This document shows positions 9,783 to 19,562 of a stretch of 64,000 nucleotides of DNA, piece after piece. Source of the stretch: a virus (lineage: Duplodnaviria; Heunggongvirae; Uroviricota; Caudoviricetes); the IMG/VR virus record IMGVR_UViG_3300045049_000270. One strand, given 5' to 3'. Positions within the stretch are counted from its first letter, which is position 1, and each line of letters opens with the position of its first letter. The notes under the pieces were generated by a model. It made no database searches. It saw nothing but the letters and a program-made list of their open reading frames with translations, and was not told the DNA's origin. The translations under genes and the position numbers were made by a program.

Positions 9783-10187
9783 CTCCCATGAAAGATATTT
9801 GTCCTGAGTGTTGTTTTACAGCAACGACATTTTAAAAGAATTTTCACTCATTTGCAAGCGAAAAAACGTTTTTTCGCTGTTACAAGATTGCAACGTTTTG
9901 GTCGAATTTGCTTGCGGTGCAGCACAGATATATCATGCACTTTGTTGCCAATTGTGTTATATGGCAAACGCTACACAACGGCAAAACATAGAAGGCACAC
10001 GAACTTAGATGAATTTATCAAACGGTTATTGGCCTCTTGTAAAGCAACTAACTGTAACTATATTAGAAGAGCGATAGAAACGAGAACAGCAAGTTTCGCA
10101 GAACTGCTACAGTTCCTATACTGTATAGGCATACATAGAAAACGTTTAAAAACAAACACATAGCAAGTTTTGCCTAACATTTGGTGC

Positions 10188-10216
10188 TTGACGCTTAAAT
10201 GCAACGTTCATAACAT
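10188..10216 (+). promoter_or_regulatory. sigma70-type promoter
   Basis: TTGACG-17-TAACAT, then GGAGG RBS before 10291. Confidence 0.6.
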
Positions 10217-10290
10217 AGCTACACCTAACGAAATGTTCCGTTAGCGAACAAGCAAAGCAAGCAACTTTATCTTAACAGTGGAGGTTTTAA

Positions 10291-10866
10291 ATGAAATTTG
10301 CACTTACGTTCAACAAGCCGGCCGTAGCCAACTTCATCGACATGTCAGTACACGAAGGCATGAAGGTGAAGATTGAGGGCGATCAGGTCTTTTTCAAGCC
10401 AACAAAGGCAGCTCGAGGTAACGGTGTGTTTGCTCTGGCTGAACGCACGCGCGGTGGTATCGGCATTGAAATCAGCGGGCGGTTCGCTGACGAGTTCCTG
10501 AAGAAGACAGGGCTCGAGCGTGGCAGTCACATGAAGCTGCATGCAACAAGCTACGGCTGGATGGTAGCTGAACCGATGGAAGCCCCAGGTGTGAAGCCTA
10601 GCAAGATCGTCCCGTGTGCTCGTCTATGGCGCGCAACCGAAGAAGTCGGCACGAAGGCCGAAAAGGCGCCGATAGCCAATGTTGCACGTGCTAGTCGTGG
10701 CCGTGGACGGCCACCAAAGGCGGCGGCGCCAACCGAACAGCCGAAGAAGCGCGGCCGTAGATCGAAGGCCGAGATTGCAGCTGAACAAGCTGCTGCTGAA
10801 GCAGCACCGAAGCGTCGGGGTCGTCGTCCGAAAGCCGAAACGGCTTCAGCGGCAGCTTCCGCATAA
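10291..10866 (+). CDS. AT-hook / histone-like DNA-binding protein
   Basis: C-terminal GRGRPPK, KKRGRR and KRRGRRPK in an Ala/Lys-rich tail; strong RBS; the only plus-strand gene in the left arm. Confidence 0.75.
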   Translation: MKFALTFNKPAVANFIDMSVHEGMKVKIEGDQVFFKPTKAARGNGVFALAERTRGGIGIEISGRFADEFLKKTGLERGSHMKLHATSYGWMVAEPMEAPGVKPSKIVPCARLWRATEEVGTKAEKAPIANVARASRGRGRPPKAAAPTEQPKKRGRRSKAEIAAEQAAAEAAPKRRGRRPKAETASAAASA

Positions 10867-10881
10867 AACGGGGGTGTGGTG

Positions 10882-10962
10882 AACGAACAGGGGAGCGAAG
10901 CGCTCCCCTTTCGTATGAACCAAAGAACCAAAAAAAGGAGTGAACACCTAGGTGTTCACTCC
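10882..10962. terminator. two terminator hairpins between convergent genes
   Basis: GGGGAGCG-AAG-CGCTCCCCTTT and AAAAAAGGAGTGAACACC-TA-GGTGTTCACTCC. Confidence 0.65.
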
Positions 10963-11175
10963 AATGTGGTCGTATGCAACCACCAAGAAGCTCGTGAATC
11001 AAAAGGACAAGTAAGGCACCGCTGTAAAGCCAATCATTCAAGCACACATATTGGCAATGCGTCCTAATCGTCCAACGCAATAACCGTTCCTCTTGCTTTC
11101 ATGTCAGCGATGCCTTATTTGGCTCAGTAACGTCAACCAACTTTTGTTACTATAACACAAAGATATTTTAACGCG

Positions 11176-11829
11176 TTAGCTTTTCTTGTAGAAAATATGA
11201 TCGCCGATCACAGTGACCTTTTGCAGATCTTTATTCCATTTGGGCGAAACTTCCTGTGTATGATACCATTTGATATCGTCTGACGCTTGCCCGCCAGCCA
11301 TCACGATCACATTCACATCGCTAGGCTTAGCTTTCCCGTATTCTTGCATGACAAGGTGTGCAACTTCAAGTGCTTTACGCCACGGCTCGAGTTCTTTTAC
11401 TGGCTTCTTATGCAGAGGCAAATTTGTCCAACTGAATTGCTTGCGTTTCCACACCGTTTTGCAGACGCTGTCGCCGGTTGCCTGCGCACGATTCATTGTA
11501 GCCTTTGCAACAAGAATCTGACCTGCCAGAGGCTGATTTCGAGATTCCTCGTAGATGTTGCATGTGAGGCATACTAATTCATCATGTCGTTGCGTTGCAC
11601 AATCGAGATTGTGTGCGGTTACTTGTCGTCCGCCAATATCAACATCCCGATATTTCACAACTTCAACTGGGCGAATAACTTCCGTTTTTACGACTCTGGG
11701 CTTGAATGTAACGTAGCCACTCGCTGTAAGTCCAACAAGGATTGGCGTCGGAGCGATCAGCGCAACTTGCAACGCAACCTTAGCCGTCTTCGAAAGCAAA
11801 AACTGCTTGAGCACCTTGCTTTTCACCAA
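11176..11829 (-). CDS. SleB/Hydrolase_2 cell-wall hydrolase with N-terminal membrane anchor
   Basis: CL..NIYEESRNQP..GQ..VA...NR, QFSW, IGDHIFY motifs. Confidence 0.9.
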   Translation of the reverse strand: MVKSKVLKQFLLSKTAKVALQVALIAPTPILVGLTASGYVTFKPRVVKTEVIRPVEVVKYRDVDIGGRQVTAHNLDCATQRHDELVCLTCNIYEESRNQPLAGQILVAKATMNRAQATGDSVCKTVWKRKQFSWTNLPLHKKPVKELEPWRKALEVAHLVMQEYGKAKPSDVNVIVMAGGQASDDIKWYHTQEVSPKWNKDLQKVTVIGDHIFYKKS

Positions 11830-11862
11830 TTTGGTCTCCTATCGCACAGTTAAGACAACCAA

Positions 11863-11891
11863 ATGGTAAGTGAAGGTTCATCACCAGTCAA
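11863..11891 (-). promoter_or_regulatory. sigma70-type promoter
   Basis: TTGACT-17-TACCAT; the same -35/-10 pair recurs at 15884-15912. Confidence 0.65.
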
Positions 11892-11912
11892 CAGTTAATT
11901 AAATTACATATC

Positions 11913-12155
11913 TTACAGCTTACCGTTGGAGCGATGTCGAGCATCTATGATGAGAACGATTACAATCAAGTTTACAAAAGGCAAACTCAGCAATATGACA
12001 AACCAGAACAAGCTATTTGTAATATTGTACCCAAATTTTGGATCTGGGTTCCCTCTAGTAATGTCTTCGTAAAAGCCAGTTCCGATCAGACCAATTGTGA
12101 CGGTGCTGGAGATAATGAGGTAAATCTCCAGCACCCACCGCAACAAAGGGATCAT
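11913..12155 (-). CDS. small two-TM membrane protein
   Basis: Two hydrophobic segments. Confidence 0.65.
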   Translation of the reverse strand: MIPLLRWVLEIYLIISSTVTIGLIGTGFYEDITRGNPDPKFGYNITNSLFWFVILLSLPFVNLIVIVLIIDARHRSNGKL

Positions 12156-13423
12156 TCAGACCTCAAATGGTCCAACTTTGCTACGATTCTTTCATAGTAA
12201 TGTTGGTTGCCGCCAGGACCCGTAATCGTCAATGTTGGCTTGCGAGAGAGGATACGTTTGAACGTTGCTTTAACATCATCTATAGTTACTGCTTCGATCT
12301 TTGCCAATGTATCGGAAAGTTCAGGATGATAGCCGTAGACGAACAGATTCTCGACTACGTTCTGCAACAATCCAAAACCGCGTTCTTGACCGCGAATCAA
12401 ATGAACTCGAATTTGATTCTTTGCGCGTTGTAGATCGCGTTCGCTAACATGATCGGTGAGCTTCAGCATTTCATCAACAGTTACATCAAGCACTTCTTGA
12501 AAGTTTTCTGGTGTGGTGCCTGCACCAATGTAGAAACTACCGTGATCTTCATCAAGATAAGTGAATGCATTGATACTATATACCAAACCACGCTTATTGC
12601 GCACTTCGCTGAACAGCGGTGAGCTCATACCATCGCCAAGCACACAAGCTGCAACAGCTTCAGCATAATGCTCTGGTGCTAAAGAGTTTGCACAAGGGAA
12701 CGATAGCATCAACGTACTTTGTTCAAAGGGCAAATCATCGTGAGCATAGCCACCAGTATATTCAGCACTGGTATATTGATTCATGGTGCCTTCTTCAAAA
12801 CCGCCAAAATACTGCTCAATCAACTTTAATGCTTCATCGTGATCAACCTTACCAACGATGCCAACAATCATGTTCGAGGCCGTGTAATAGCGCTTCATAT
12901 AAGCGATCAAATCTTCACGCTTGAAAGACTTTACATTTTCGGGTGTACCAATAATCGGGCGACCCAATGCTTGGTTTGGGTATTGAGTTCCATCATGCAA
13001 GTGATGCGCCATGCGATTGCGCGAATCTCGTCCTGCTGTGATCTCTTGCAAGATAACAGAACGTTCGCGTTCGATTTCTTCTTCAGGAAACGTGCTGTTT
13101 GACAGAATATCACTGATTAGATCAACAAACGTTTCAGTATTTTCGGCTAAACCAGAAACATAATAGGCAGTGCGATCTTTAGATGTAGATGCATTAATAT
13201 CCGCACCCAAGAATTCGATCTCACTGTCAATTTGTTCACCAGTGCGCGTTGGTGTACCCTTGAACGCCATATGCTCAAGATAATGTGAAATACCATTCAA
13301 TTCTGGAGTTTCAAATCTAGAACCAACATTTACAAAAGCAGCAACAGTGACGCTTTCAACGTGTGGCAACTTGATGCTGACAACTCTAAGGCCGTTCTTG
13401 AGACGGCTTGTGCGTGAATCCAA
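12152..13423 (-). CDS. M16 (insulinase/MPP-like) zinc peptidase
   Basis: LKNGLRVV, GSRFE..NGISHYLEHMAFKGT (HxxEH), MSSPLF.EVR.KRGLVY; TTG start at 13423 after AGGAG. Confidence 0.93.
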   Translation of the reverse strand: MDSRTSRLKNGLRVVSIKLPHVESVTVAAFVNVGSRFETPELNGISHYLEHMAFKGTPTRTGEQIDSEIEFLGADINASTSKDRTAYYVSGLAENTETFVDLISDILSNSTFPEEEIERERSVILQEITAGRDSRNRMAHHLHDGTQYPNQALGRPIIGTPENVKSFKREDLIAYMKRYYTASNMIVGIVGKVDHDEALKLIEQYFGGFEEGTMNQYTSAEYTGGYAHDDLPFEQSTLMLSFPCANSLAPEHYAEAVAACVLGDGMSSPLFSEVRNKRGLVYSINAFTYLDEDHGSFYIGAGTTPENFQEVLDVTVDEMLKLTDHVSERDLQRAKNQIRVHLIRGQERGFGLLQNVVENLFVYGYHPELSDTLAKIEAVTIDDVKATFKRILSRKPTLTITGPGGNQHYYERIVAKLDHLRSE

Positions 13424-13473
13424 ACTGCTTCTCCTGGTACTGTGGGTTAAATTATTTTTTAGTGAGTTATTCA

Positions 13474-14031
13474 TCATACCCCCTGGCTTGGCAATGGTGC
13501 AAGCTCCGCACTTACAAGCGTAAACATAGCCGCTGAATTTTCGAGATCGGCAATGTCACCATGAAAATCATAATGACCTAGGATCGCATAGCGATTCATA
13601 TAACGCAGCAATGGACGATTTGCATGCATCGCAGTCATTTGATCTTGCGCAGTTAAGCTGAAGGCTACTGCCCAAGTGTCAGTAGACAATTTGTATTTTT
13701 CAGCATTGGAACATGTTGCAAATTCAGCATGGCCAGGTTGTTGCAGTTCGAGCATATACTCGGTTCCTGCTATTTCCATGAACCAGCCAACAGTCATCAC
13801 TTTCTTGATGCGATTGTGATACCATTCATCCGCATAAAGCTTACCATCGTATTTCGATACTGTAGTACCCATAAAATGGGTTTCTGTATTGTATCGCAAT
13901 ACGACTGCGATTCTCATGACTTGCACAAACGCGGGAAGATACGGCTTGAGATACTGATTGCAAGGATGCTCGAACCGCCGGCCAAGGGTTTCCCGAACGT
14001 GCTTGTAAAAATCAACGTTCGAAAATGCCAT
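13474..14031 (-). CDS. hypothetical protein (distant FKL family)
   Basis: GAGGAGG RBS before MAFSN; C-terminal FHGDIADLENSAAMFTL. Confidence 0.65.
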   Translation of the reverse strand: MAFSNVDFYKHVRETLGRRFEHPCNQYLKPYLPAFVQVMRIAVVLRYNTETHFMGTTVSKYDGKLYADEWYHNRIKKVMTVGWFMEIAGTEYMLELQQPGHAEFATCSNAEKYKLSTDTWAVAFSLTAQDQMTAMHANRPLLRYMNRYAILGHYDFHGDIADLENSAAMFTLVSAELAPLPSQGV

Positions 14032-14139
14032 AACCTGCCTCCTCACTTATTGCCATACTTAAAAGTCTAACATCGTTGTGTAGCAAAAGCTTATTTATGG
14101 CACCACCTATTACAACATTTTTACAACTAAACTTGATTA

Positions 14140-14652
14140 TCAAGTAATTTTTACTGGTGCCATGTCTCCTTCAACCAACTTGAACATCAGTAATTCATCA
14201 GACATCATGTAAATATCACCGTAAAGCCGTAGGTCACTCAACGTTACTAGATTGTCAAGAAACTTACTTTCCCAATCGTTATCTACTGAAAATTCTAGTG
14301 CTGCGCTCCAATTGGTACCCGACACTACTAAAGTTGAAAAGGCTAGATGGAAATATGGATCGTGTGCCCCTTGTGAGTAACGCTCAATTGTGTAAATCGT
14401 ATCACCAATTTCGAGGGTGTATTCGTATACGTCAAGATACCATTTACATGTAAACCGATCTGATAGATACGGTACTTTGGTTGGTACGGCACAAAGGCTG
14501 AATTCTTCCCATTCAGCCTCAGCCATTATTACTTCGACCAACCTTGGTATGAGCATCACCGCTTGAACTTGGCCGAATTGCGAATACGCCTTCTGAATCA
14601 GCTTCGTCGCTTGCTCCCAGAAGGCGTCATTACTTGCTAGGATTTTCATCAA
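14140..14652 (-). CDS. hypothetical protein, FKL family
   Basis: C-terminal LYGDIYMMSDELLMFKL. Confidence 0.65.
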   Translation of the reverse strand: MMKILASNDAFWEQATKLIQKAYSQFGQVQAVMLIPRLVEVIMAEAEWEEFSLCAVPTKVPYLSDRFTCKWYLDVYEYTLEIGDTIYTIERYSQGAHDPYFHLAFSTLVVSGTNWSAALEFSVDNDWESKFLDNLVTLSDLRLYGDIYMMSDELLMFKLVEGDMAPVKIT

Positions 14653-15851
14653 CTTACAACCTTACAACGCGTAAGAACCGTTGACTTGATGCCCTTGTAT
14701 TCATTGTGATCTTTCACAGTACCCCTCAACTTCAACTTGTCACCCTTGCTTGCTTCGATCACAGTACCGGTCATCCATGTGAATACGTTGCCATCAGCAT
14801 CGGCAAATCGGTAGATGAAAAATCGACCAGTGTCGTTATCACGTTCCCAGGAATTTACAAATTCAACTTCAAGTTCAAGCTTGTCCTTCACCTTGCCGAC
14901 AAAATTACTGACTTTCTTCGGTTCACGCTTCGGGAACATGATCTCATGTTCCCGCATATATGCACCAACAATGCTGCTCGCGTAACCCGTCGAACGAAAC
15001 TCGATCACTCCGCTGGCAGCCAGCACGTGAATATTGTGCTGATAGTCATTCAACACTGTTCCATCTTCACCCAAGTTTGCGGCCCACTCAATCGACTTTA
15101 TTGCTAGGTCGAAATGCTTGTCTTCGGGTTTAGGAAGTTCATCTGCAATGCGTGGGTTAGGGAATAGGCTATTCAATGCTCTTGACGAAGTCGACTCAAC
15201 CATGTCGCGTTCATTTATTACTGTGCTATTGATTTGTCTTGCTTTGCTAAGTGACATGTAACCATGCAAATCAATCTGCAGGGCAACGTGAGCCAAGTAT
15301 GCTTCTAGGTCAATGAAGCGCCGATCCTCACCTACGCTCATCGCACCGCGAGCGAGTTCATCAGCATAGCCGAGCAATTCGGCCATCTTGGCGATCTTTT
15401 CGGGATGTTGGTGGCCGAGAAAGTCCTTCAAACAAGAACTGCCGATCTGCTTTATCTCGCCGCTTTCATCGTTGCGCACCAAGTACGTATCGCGCCGATA
15501 ACGGTTGATCTTGCAATGCTCGCAAACACTGTCACGATCACGATAAAGGTCGGGAACAACGAATCCTGGTACCGGGCGAACAATATTACCGACTTCGTTT
15601 GCATGGTCGAGACGAGCGACGAATGACCAACCGTTGAGCTTAGGAGATTCGAAGCCGCTGAGCAGTATTTCGACGTATTCTCGCGCATAACCATCACCAG
15701 ACTTCTCGGTGATAGTATTAAAGGGGACAAAGTAGATGCGTTCGCCGGTCAGCTTGATAGACTTCTTGCTGAGCTTCTCAAGCATCTTTTGAAACTTGGG
15801 GAGGTTTTCCTTCGGGATCTTGTAGATACCACGGTCGTGATTATCACTCAT
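14649..15851 (-). CDS. phage protein with CxxC metal site and probable C-terminal OB fold
   Basis: CEHC..NRYRR...QIGSSCLKDF; C-terminal FVGKV...GTVKDHNEYKG..STVLTR. Confidence 0.7.
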   Translation of the reverse strand: MSDNHDRGIYKIPKENLPKFQKMLEKLSKKSIKLTGERIYFVPFNTITEKSGDGYAREYVEILLSGFESPKLNGWSFVARLDHANEVGNIVRPVPGFVVPDLYRDRDSVCEHCKINRYRRDTYLVRNDESGEIKQIGSSCLKDFLGHQHPEKIAKMAELLGYADELARGAMSVGEDRRFIDLEAYLAHVALQIDLHGYMSLSKARQINSTVINERDMVESTSSRALNSLFPNPRIADELPKPEDKHFDLAIKSIEWAANLGEDGTVLNDYQHNIHVLAASGVIEFRSTGYASSIVGAYMREHEIMFPKREPKKVSNFVGKVKDKLELEVEFVNSWERDNDTGRFFIYRFADADGNVFTWMTGTVIEASKGDKLKLRGTVKDHNEYKGIKSTVLTRCKVVS

Positions 15852-15908
15852 CGCTTCCCTCCGTATCGTTTACCATAGTTCATATGGTAAGTTCATTTGA
15901 ACAGAGAG

Positions 15909-16247
15909 TCAACAGTAAGTTAGCTTCAAACGAACAATATCGGCATCCGTTATATCACCGTAGTAACAAATATTTTGATAGCCGCCAGCGAATACAATAA
16001 GATGCCAATTATTGTCCCCCACAAGCCAGTGAATAGCGTTCAGATCAACTAACTGATCGATACGTTTACCATACATTTCACCACATAATGAGAATGCTTC
16101 CATGCATTGATCATCACTACTCCAATCATGGTTCACACCATATGCAGTTTTGAGCGGAAGAACCGTGAAGCAACCGAATCGACTACCAAATAGGTTTTCG
16201 GCAATCTCCACATTATTCATGGCTGGTGTGAAAAATTCTAGGTTCAT
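15909..16247 (-). CDS. hypothetical protein, FKL family
   Basis: C-terminal YYGDITDADIVRLKL. Confidence 0.6.
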   Translation of the reverse strand: MNLEFFTPAMNNVEIAENLFGSRFGCFTVLPLKTAYGVNHDWSSDDQCMEAFSLCGEMYGKRIDQLVDLNAIHWLVGDNNWHLIVFAGGYQNICYYGDITDADIVRLKLTYC

Positions 16248-16867
16248 TTGCTTCTCTTGACCTTTTTCACCACATATTTGTTAATGCGATTCTTCAGTCG
16301 ATTTTTCGCATTATTCAACTCTTTGCTTTTATCCTTCTGTGCATCACGATAAACCTCGATGGCCGCAAGATAATCAGCTTTGAATGCATCGTACTTGGTT
16401 TTGAATTCTTCTGGTAACGAACGCAGTGCTTCCTTCAGTTCGATATCAAATTTGTCGAATTTACGCTTAGATGTATTAACGTATGAATTTACGCCATCTT
16501 TGATATTTGCATCTCGTGCCCTTTCGAGGCGTTTGATTTCGTCTGCTTCTTCAAGAATGTAATCCCAATCAGGATTCTCAAGAATCAAACGAAGTTTGAT
16601 TCTGTCACGGTTTGGTTTGACGAAAGAATCTTGAATAAGCATAAATGCCAATGCTTCGCCATCATCATCAAAATACACGGTGAACGCGTTGAACAGGTTT
16701 TCCACCATAGCAACATCACAAACCGTCTTAAGCCGCTGTCCATCTATCGCGCGCTGAACTTTGGCACCAGGACAAAGATTTTTCAAACTTTCGATGTCAA
16801 ACTGATCCATAGAAAATTTGTTATAAACACTACTGAATTCGTAATTATAGATGAATAGGTGTGCCAT
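16244..16867 (-). CDS. hypothetical protein, FKL-related domain plus coiled coil
   Basis: FDDDGEALAFMLIQDSFVK; paralogue of 16867-17472 and 18882-19562. Confidence 0.7.
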   Translation of the reverse strand: MAHLFIYNYEFSSVYNKFSMDQFDIESLKNLCPGAKVQRAIDGQRLKTVCDVAMVENLFNAFTVYFDDDGEALAFMLIQDSFVKPNRDRIKLRLILENPDWDYILEEADEIKRLERARDANIKDGVNSYVNTSKRKFDKFDIELKEALRSLPEEFKTKYDAFKADYLAAIEVYRDAQKDKSKELNNAKNRLKNRINKYVVKKVKRSK

Positions 16868-17472
16868 TATTTCTTGTTATATTTGTCGAGATATTTTAAA
16901 AGTTCTTTACGTTCTTTATTCAGCTTGTTGAGTGATGGTTTCAAATTTGCTTTATGTGCAGCCAATCGAGCCTGAAGAACTACATTGAATTCTTTCCATA
17001 GAATATCAAGATCATCGCCTAAACCACCATTCAAGTCGTTCATTGCACTAGTGAAATCATATTCACGATTGCGAACTGCGGTGACTGCTTTTGTTGTATC
17101 GGCACGACTAGTATCGTGATCAATTAACCACTTTAACTCAGTACCTTCTTGCAACGGCGTATCCAAATCAATATCTTGAATCAACCATAGCAATGATGCT
17201 TTTTGGTCCTTGATAAACGAGTCAGAACCCAGACGAAATGCCATCGCCTCCATGTCATCGTCAATTTCAACGATAAACGCATCCAGCAATTTTTTATCAT
17301 TGCAAGCTTGGCCAATTGCATGGAGTTTGTGACGTGGGTATTTGTCTTCATAGCCATACCAATTATGCCAGGAGAATACACGATAGCCTGCTGTAAATTC
17401 ACTAAGCAGATTGATATTGAATGCCTTTCTGCAATCCCATTCATCTCCGGTACCATAAACGAACGTATACAT
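16867..17472 (-). CDS. hypothetical protein, FKL-related domain plus coiled coil
   Basis: IDDDMEAMAFRLGSDSFIK. Confidence 0.7.
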   Translation of the reverse strand: MYTFVYGTGDEWDCRKAFNINLLSEFTAGYRVFSWHNWYGYEDKYPRHKLHAIGQACNDKKLLDAFIVEIDDDMEAMAFRLGSDSFIKDQKASLLWLIQDIDLDTPLQEGTELKWLIDHDTSRADTTKAVTAVRNREYDFTSAMNDLNGGLGDDLDILWKEFNVVLQARLAAHKANLKPSLNKLNKERKELLKYLDKYNKK

Positions 17473-17871
17473 TTATTGTTTCTCTTGTGTTTGTCGTTGT
17501 TTTCTACGTTCTAGATAAGAATGCACGATTTCTTTTCTGCGTTCTGGATTCTTCTCCACCCATTCAGCTTGTTTCGTACGATTGTATTCAGTCCACGAAA
17601 CGTTATCTTTGCGATAACGCTTCGCATATTCAGCCAATATACTGAACGGCCGTTGTTCTTCCTTGCGCGGACGTCCACGGCCATAACCAGTTGCTTTTGT
17701 CTTTTGCCATGCTGCTGACTGTTGCTTTTTCTTTTCACGATATGCGGGATCATTAGCATAACGTTCGCGCTTGCGAGCATTAATCTTTTCTCGATTTGCT
17801 GCTTTGTACTTACGTTCGTATTCTCGCCGTTTTGCTTTCTTTTCTTCTTCAGTCAGCATAATCAGAACCAC
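17473..17871 (-). CDS. basic protein with AT-hook
   Basis: GRGRPRK; Arg/Lys-rich helical repeats. Confidence 0.65.
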   Translation of the reverse strand: MVLIMLTEEEKKAKRREYERKYKAANREKINARKRERYANDPAYREKKKQQSAAWQKTKATGYGRGRPRKEEQRPFSILAEYAKRYRKDNVSWTEYNRTKQAEWVEKNPERRKEIVHSYLERRKQRQTQEKQ

Positions 17872-18422
17872 GTTTTTCTTATTATGGAAGTGTATTCATC
17901 AGCCAAAGCCATGCTCTCGCCAACCAGTTCCACGAAATAGCTTAGTACATCTGCTTTTTCTAATTCGAGTGTTGCTTCTGAATCGCCATATTCATTAACG
18001 ATCTGCATGTTATGCGCTTTGGCTATCTTCATCATAAAGCCGTTTCTTGTCAAACAATAGCTTTTCAATACTTTCACTCGACGGTTACGGCAAACAACCA
18101 TCGCATGTTCAAACAACATCGTTCCGAGGCGCCGGCCGCGATGCTCTTTCTCAACACTCAAACCAATCTCAGCTTCATCAACATTAAACAAATAATATTT
18201 GCCGAGAAGACAAATCTCACAAGCGGCAATAACATTCTGATCCTCATCAAATGCAGCCAATACCATTCTACCGCTATCATGTTTTATGGTAGCATGCTTG
18301 ATAATAAATGCATCATCAACCATCGAACCAAAACGAAGATAGCGATCATCAGCATTTAATCTCAGCAAATGATCGCCATATTTCACCTGCTCATATGTAT
18401 TGAGCATTCTTATTGTATTCAT
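17862..18422 (-). CDS. GNAT-family acetyltransferase
   Basis: HLLRL..DDRYLRFG, AEIGLSV...RGRRLG..L, N..M.KIA; ATG at 18422. Confidence 0.85.
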   Translation of the reverse strand: MNTIRMLNTYEQVKYGDHLLRLNADDRYLRFGSMVDDAFIIKHATIKHDSGRMVLAAFDEDQNVIAACEICLLGKYYLFNVDEAEIGLSVEKEHRGRRLGTMLFEHAMVVCRNRRVKVLKSYCLTRNGFMMKIAKAHNMQIVNEYGDSEATLELEKADVLSYFVELVGESMALADEYTSIIRKTWF

Positions 18423-18432
18423 TTCAACTTCC

Positions 18433-18845
18433 AAAATGGCTTACCGTTGAGAGTACACGGTTACCTATAGCTGGCCTTTTGTTGGATTATGCTCACCCAC
18501 TCCCTCTTTTTTGGTGAGGTTCCCAACGTGTCCACTAGCAGCGATCGCTCCGCTAGTATCCAGCGCGACTGCCCTTTTAGACTGCAGGCATTGCAGTAAT
18601 GTTATGGCTACTTACCACCGTACTCGTGGCTGAACACGTCGAGCGCCATGTTCATTTAAGTCGCTTTATCACCATAACACCGAGTAAATGTCTAGTTGCC
18701 ATCTAGGCAACGCGCCCATCCCTTCGCGCTTGGTCACTGAGACCAAAGACTATATGGTTTACTCATAGTGCTTCACCCCGTATATGATGAAATACACATT
18801 GCCACTTCTTTTGCACACTTGAGTTCAGCGTGCTCTACATCACAA
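18433..18845 (-). ncRNA. candidate large structured RNA (~410 nt)
   Basis: No ORF of 60 aa or more; GC-richer than flanks; about 10 hairpins plus nested long-range helices; promoter TTGCTG-16-TAGAAT at 18851-18878. Confidence 0.65.
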
Positions 18846-18881
18846 ACTCTATTCTACACATTTGGCAATTGGCAGCAAGCC

Positions 18882-19562
18882 TTACTTCTTTGAACGTGAA
18901 TTATACACGGCAAATTTTGAAAGCTTCTGACGGATTGAAACTTTGTTTTTGTTTGCTTCCTTACGTTCAGCTGCTACTTCATTCTTGATTTCATCATGTG
19001 TGGCGTTGAAGTCAACATTCAGTTGGGCCACAGTTTTCTTGAATTCATCTGTTGTCAAATCAGTGTAGAGATTGAAAGTTGAAACAAACGAATCCATTGC
19101 TTTTTTCAATCGACCAAGCCGTTTGATTTTCACTTTCTGTTCGATCTTTTCTTTTTCTTTGTCCTCAGACTTGGAAAGTATTTCTAATATCGCCTGTGTC
19201 GACATACGATCATAATCAATGTCTTTGAATACATAACGTAGTTCAAGATCGTAATATGATCGATAGTAGTTATAGCTGCCATGCCGTACGTTCTCGGTGA
19301 TGGTCAATTTGTCGATATTATCCAACAATGCTTTGGCTTCAGCATCGTCTTCGACTTCGAAGATAAGTGCATCTTTCATCTCATTATCGATTGATTCGCA
19401 CAGTGTCGCAAATTTATGGCGAGAATTATCTTCAAATACATTAAAATACTTGGCACCAGGTGCCAAATTATTAATTGTTTGAAAATTCAAACGCTTCTTA
19501 ATGTCAGCATATGAATATTTGCTAATAGTACCGCGAAATGGCAGGAAAACAAACAAATGCAT
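18882..19562 (-). CDS. hypothetical protein, FKL-related domain plus coiled coil
   Basis: MHLFVF...NLAPGAK...FEVEDDAEAKAL; similar to 16244-16867. Confidence 0.7.
   Translation of the reverse strand: MHLFVFLPFRGTISKYSYADIKKRLNFQTINNLAPGAKYFNVFEDNSRHKFATLCESIDNEMKDALIFEVEDDAEAKALLDNIDKLTITENVRHGSYNYYRSYYDLELRYVFKDIDYDRMSTQAILEILSKSEDKEKEKIEQKVKIKRLGRLKKAMDSFVSTFNLYTDLTTDEFKKTVAQLNVDFNATHDEIKNEVAAERKEANKNKVSIRQKLSKFAVYNSRSKK

Noticed and set aside
18433-18845. RNase P, tmRNA or group I intron
   Set aside because: ACAAAAGGCCAGCUA resembles RNase P CR-V and AUAUAGUC resembles the intron S element, but GAGGAAAGUCC, tRNA-like ends and a correctly ordered P7 are missing
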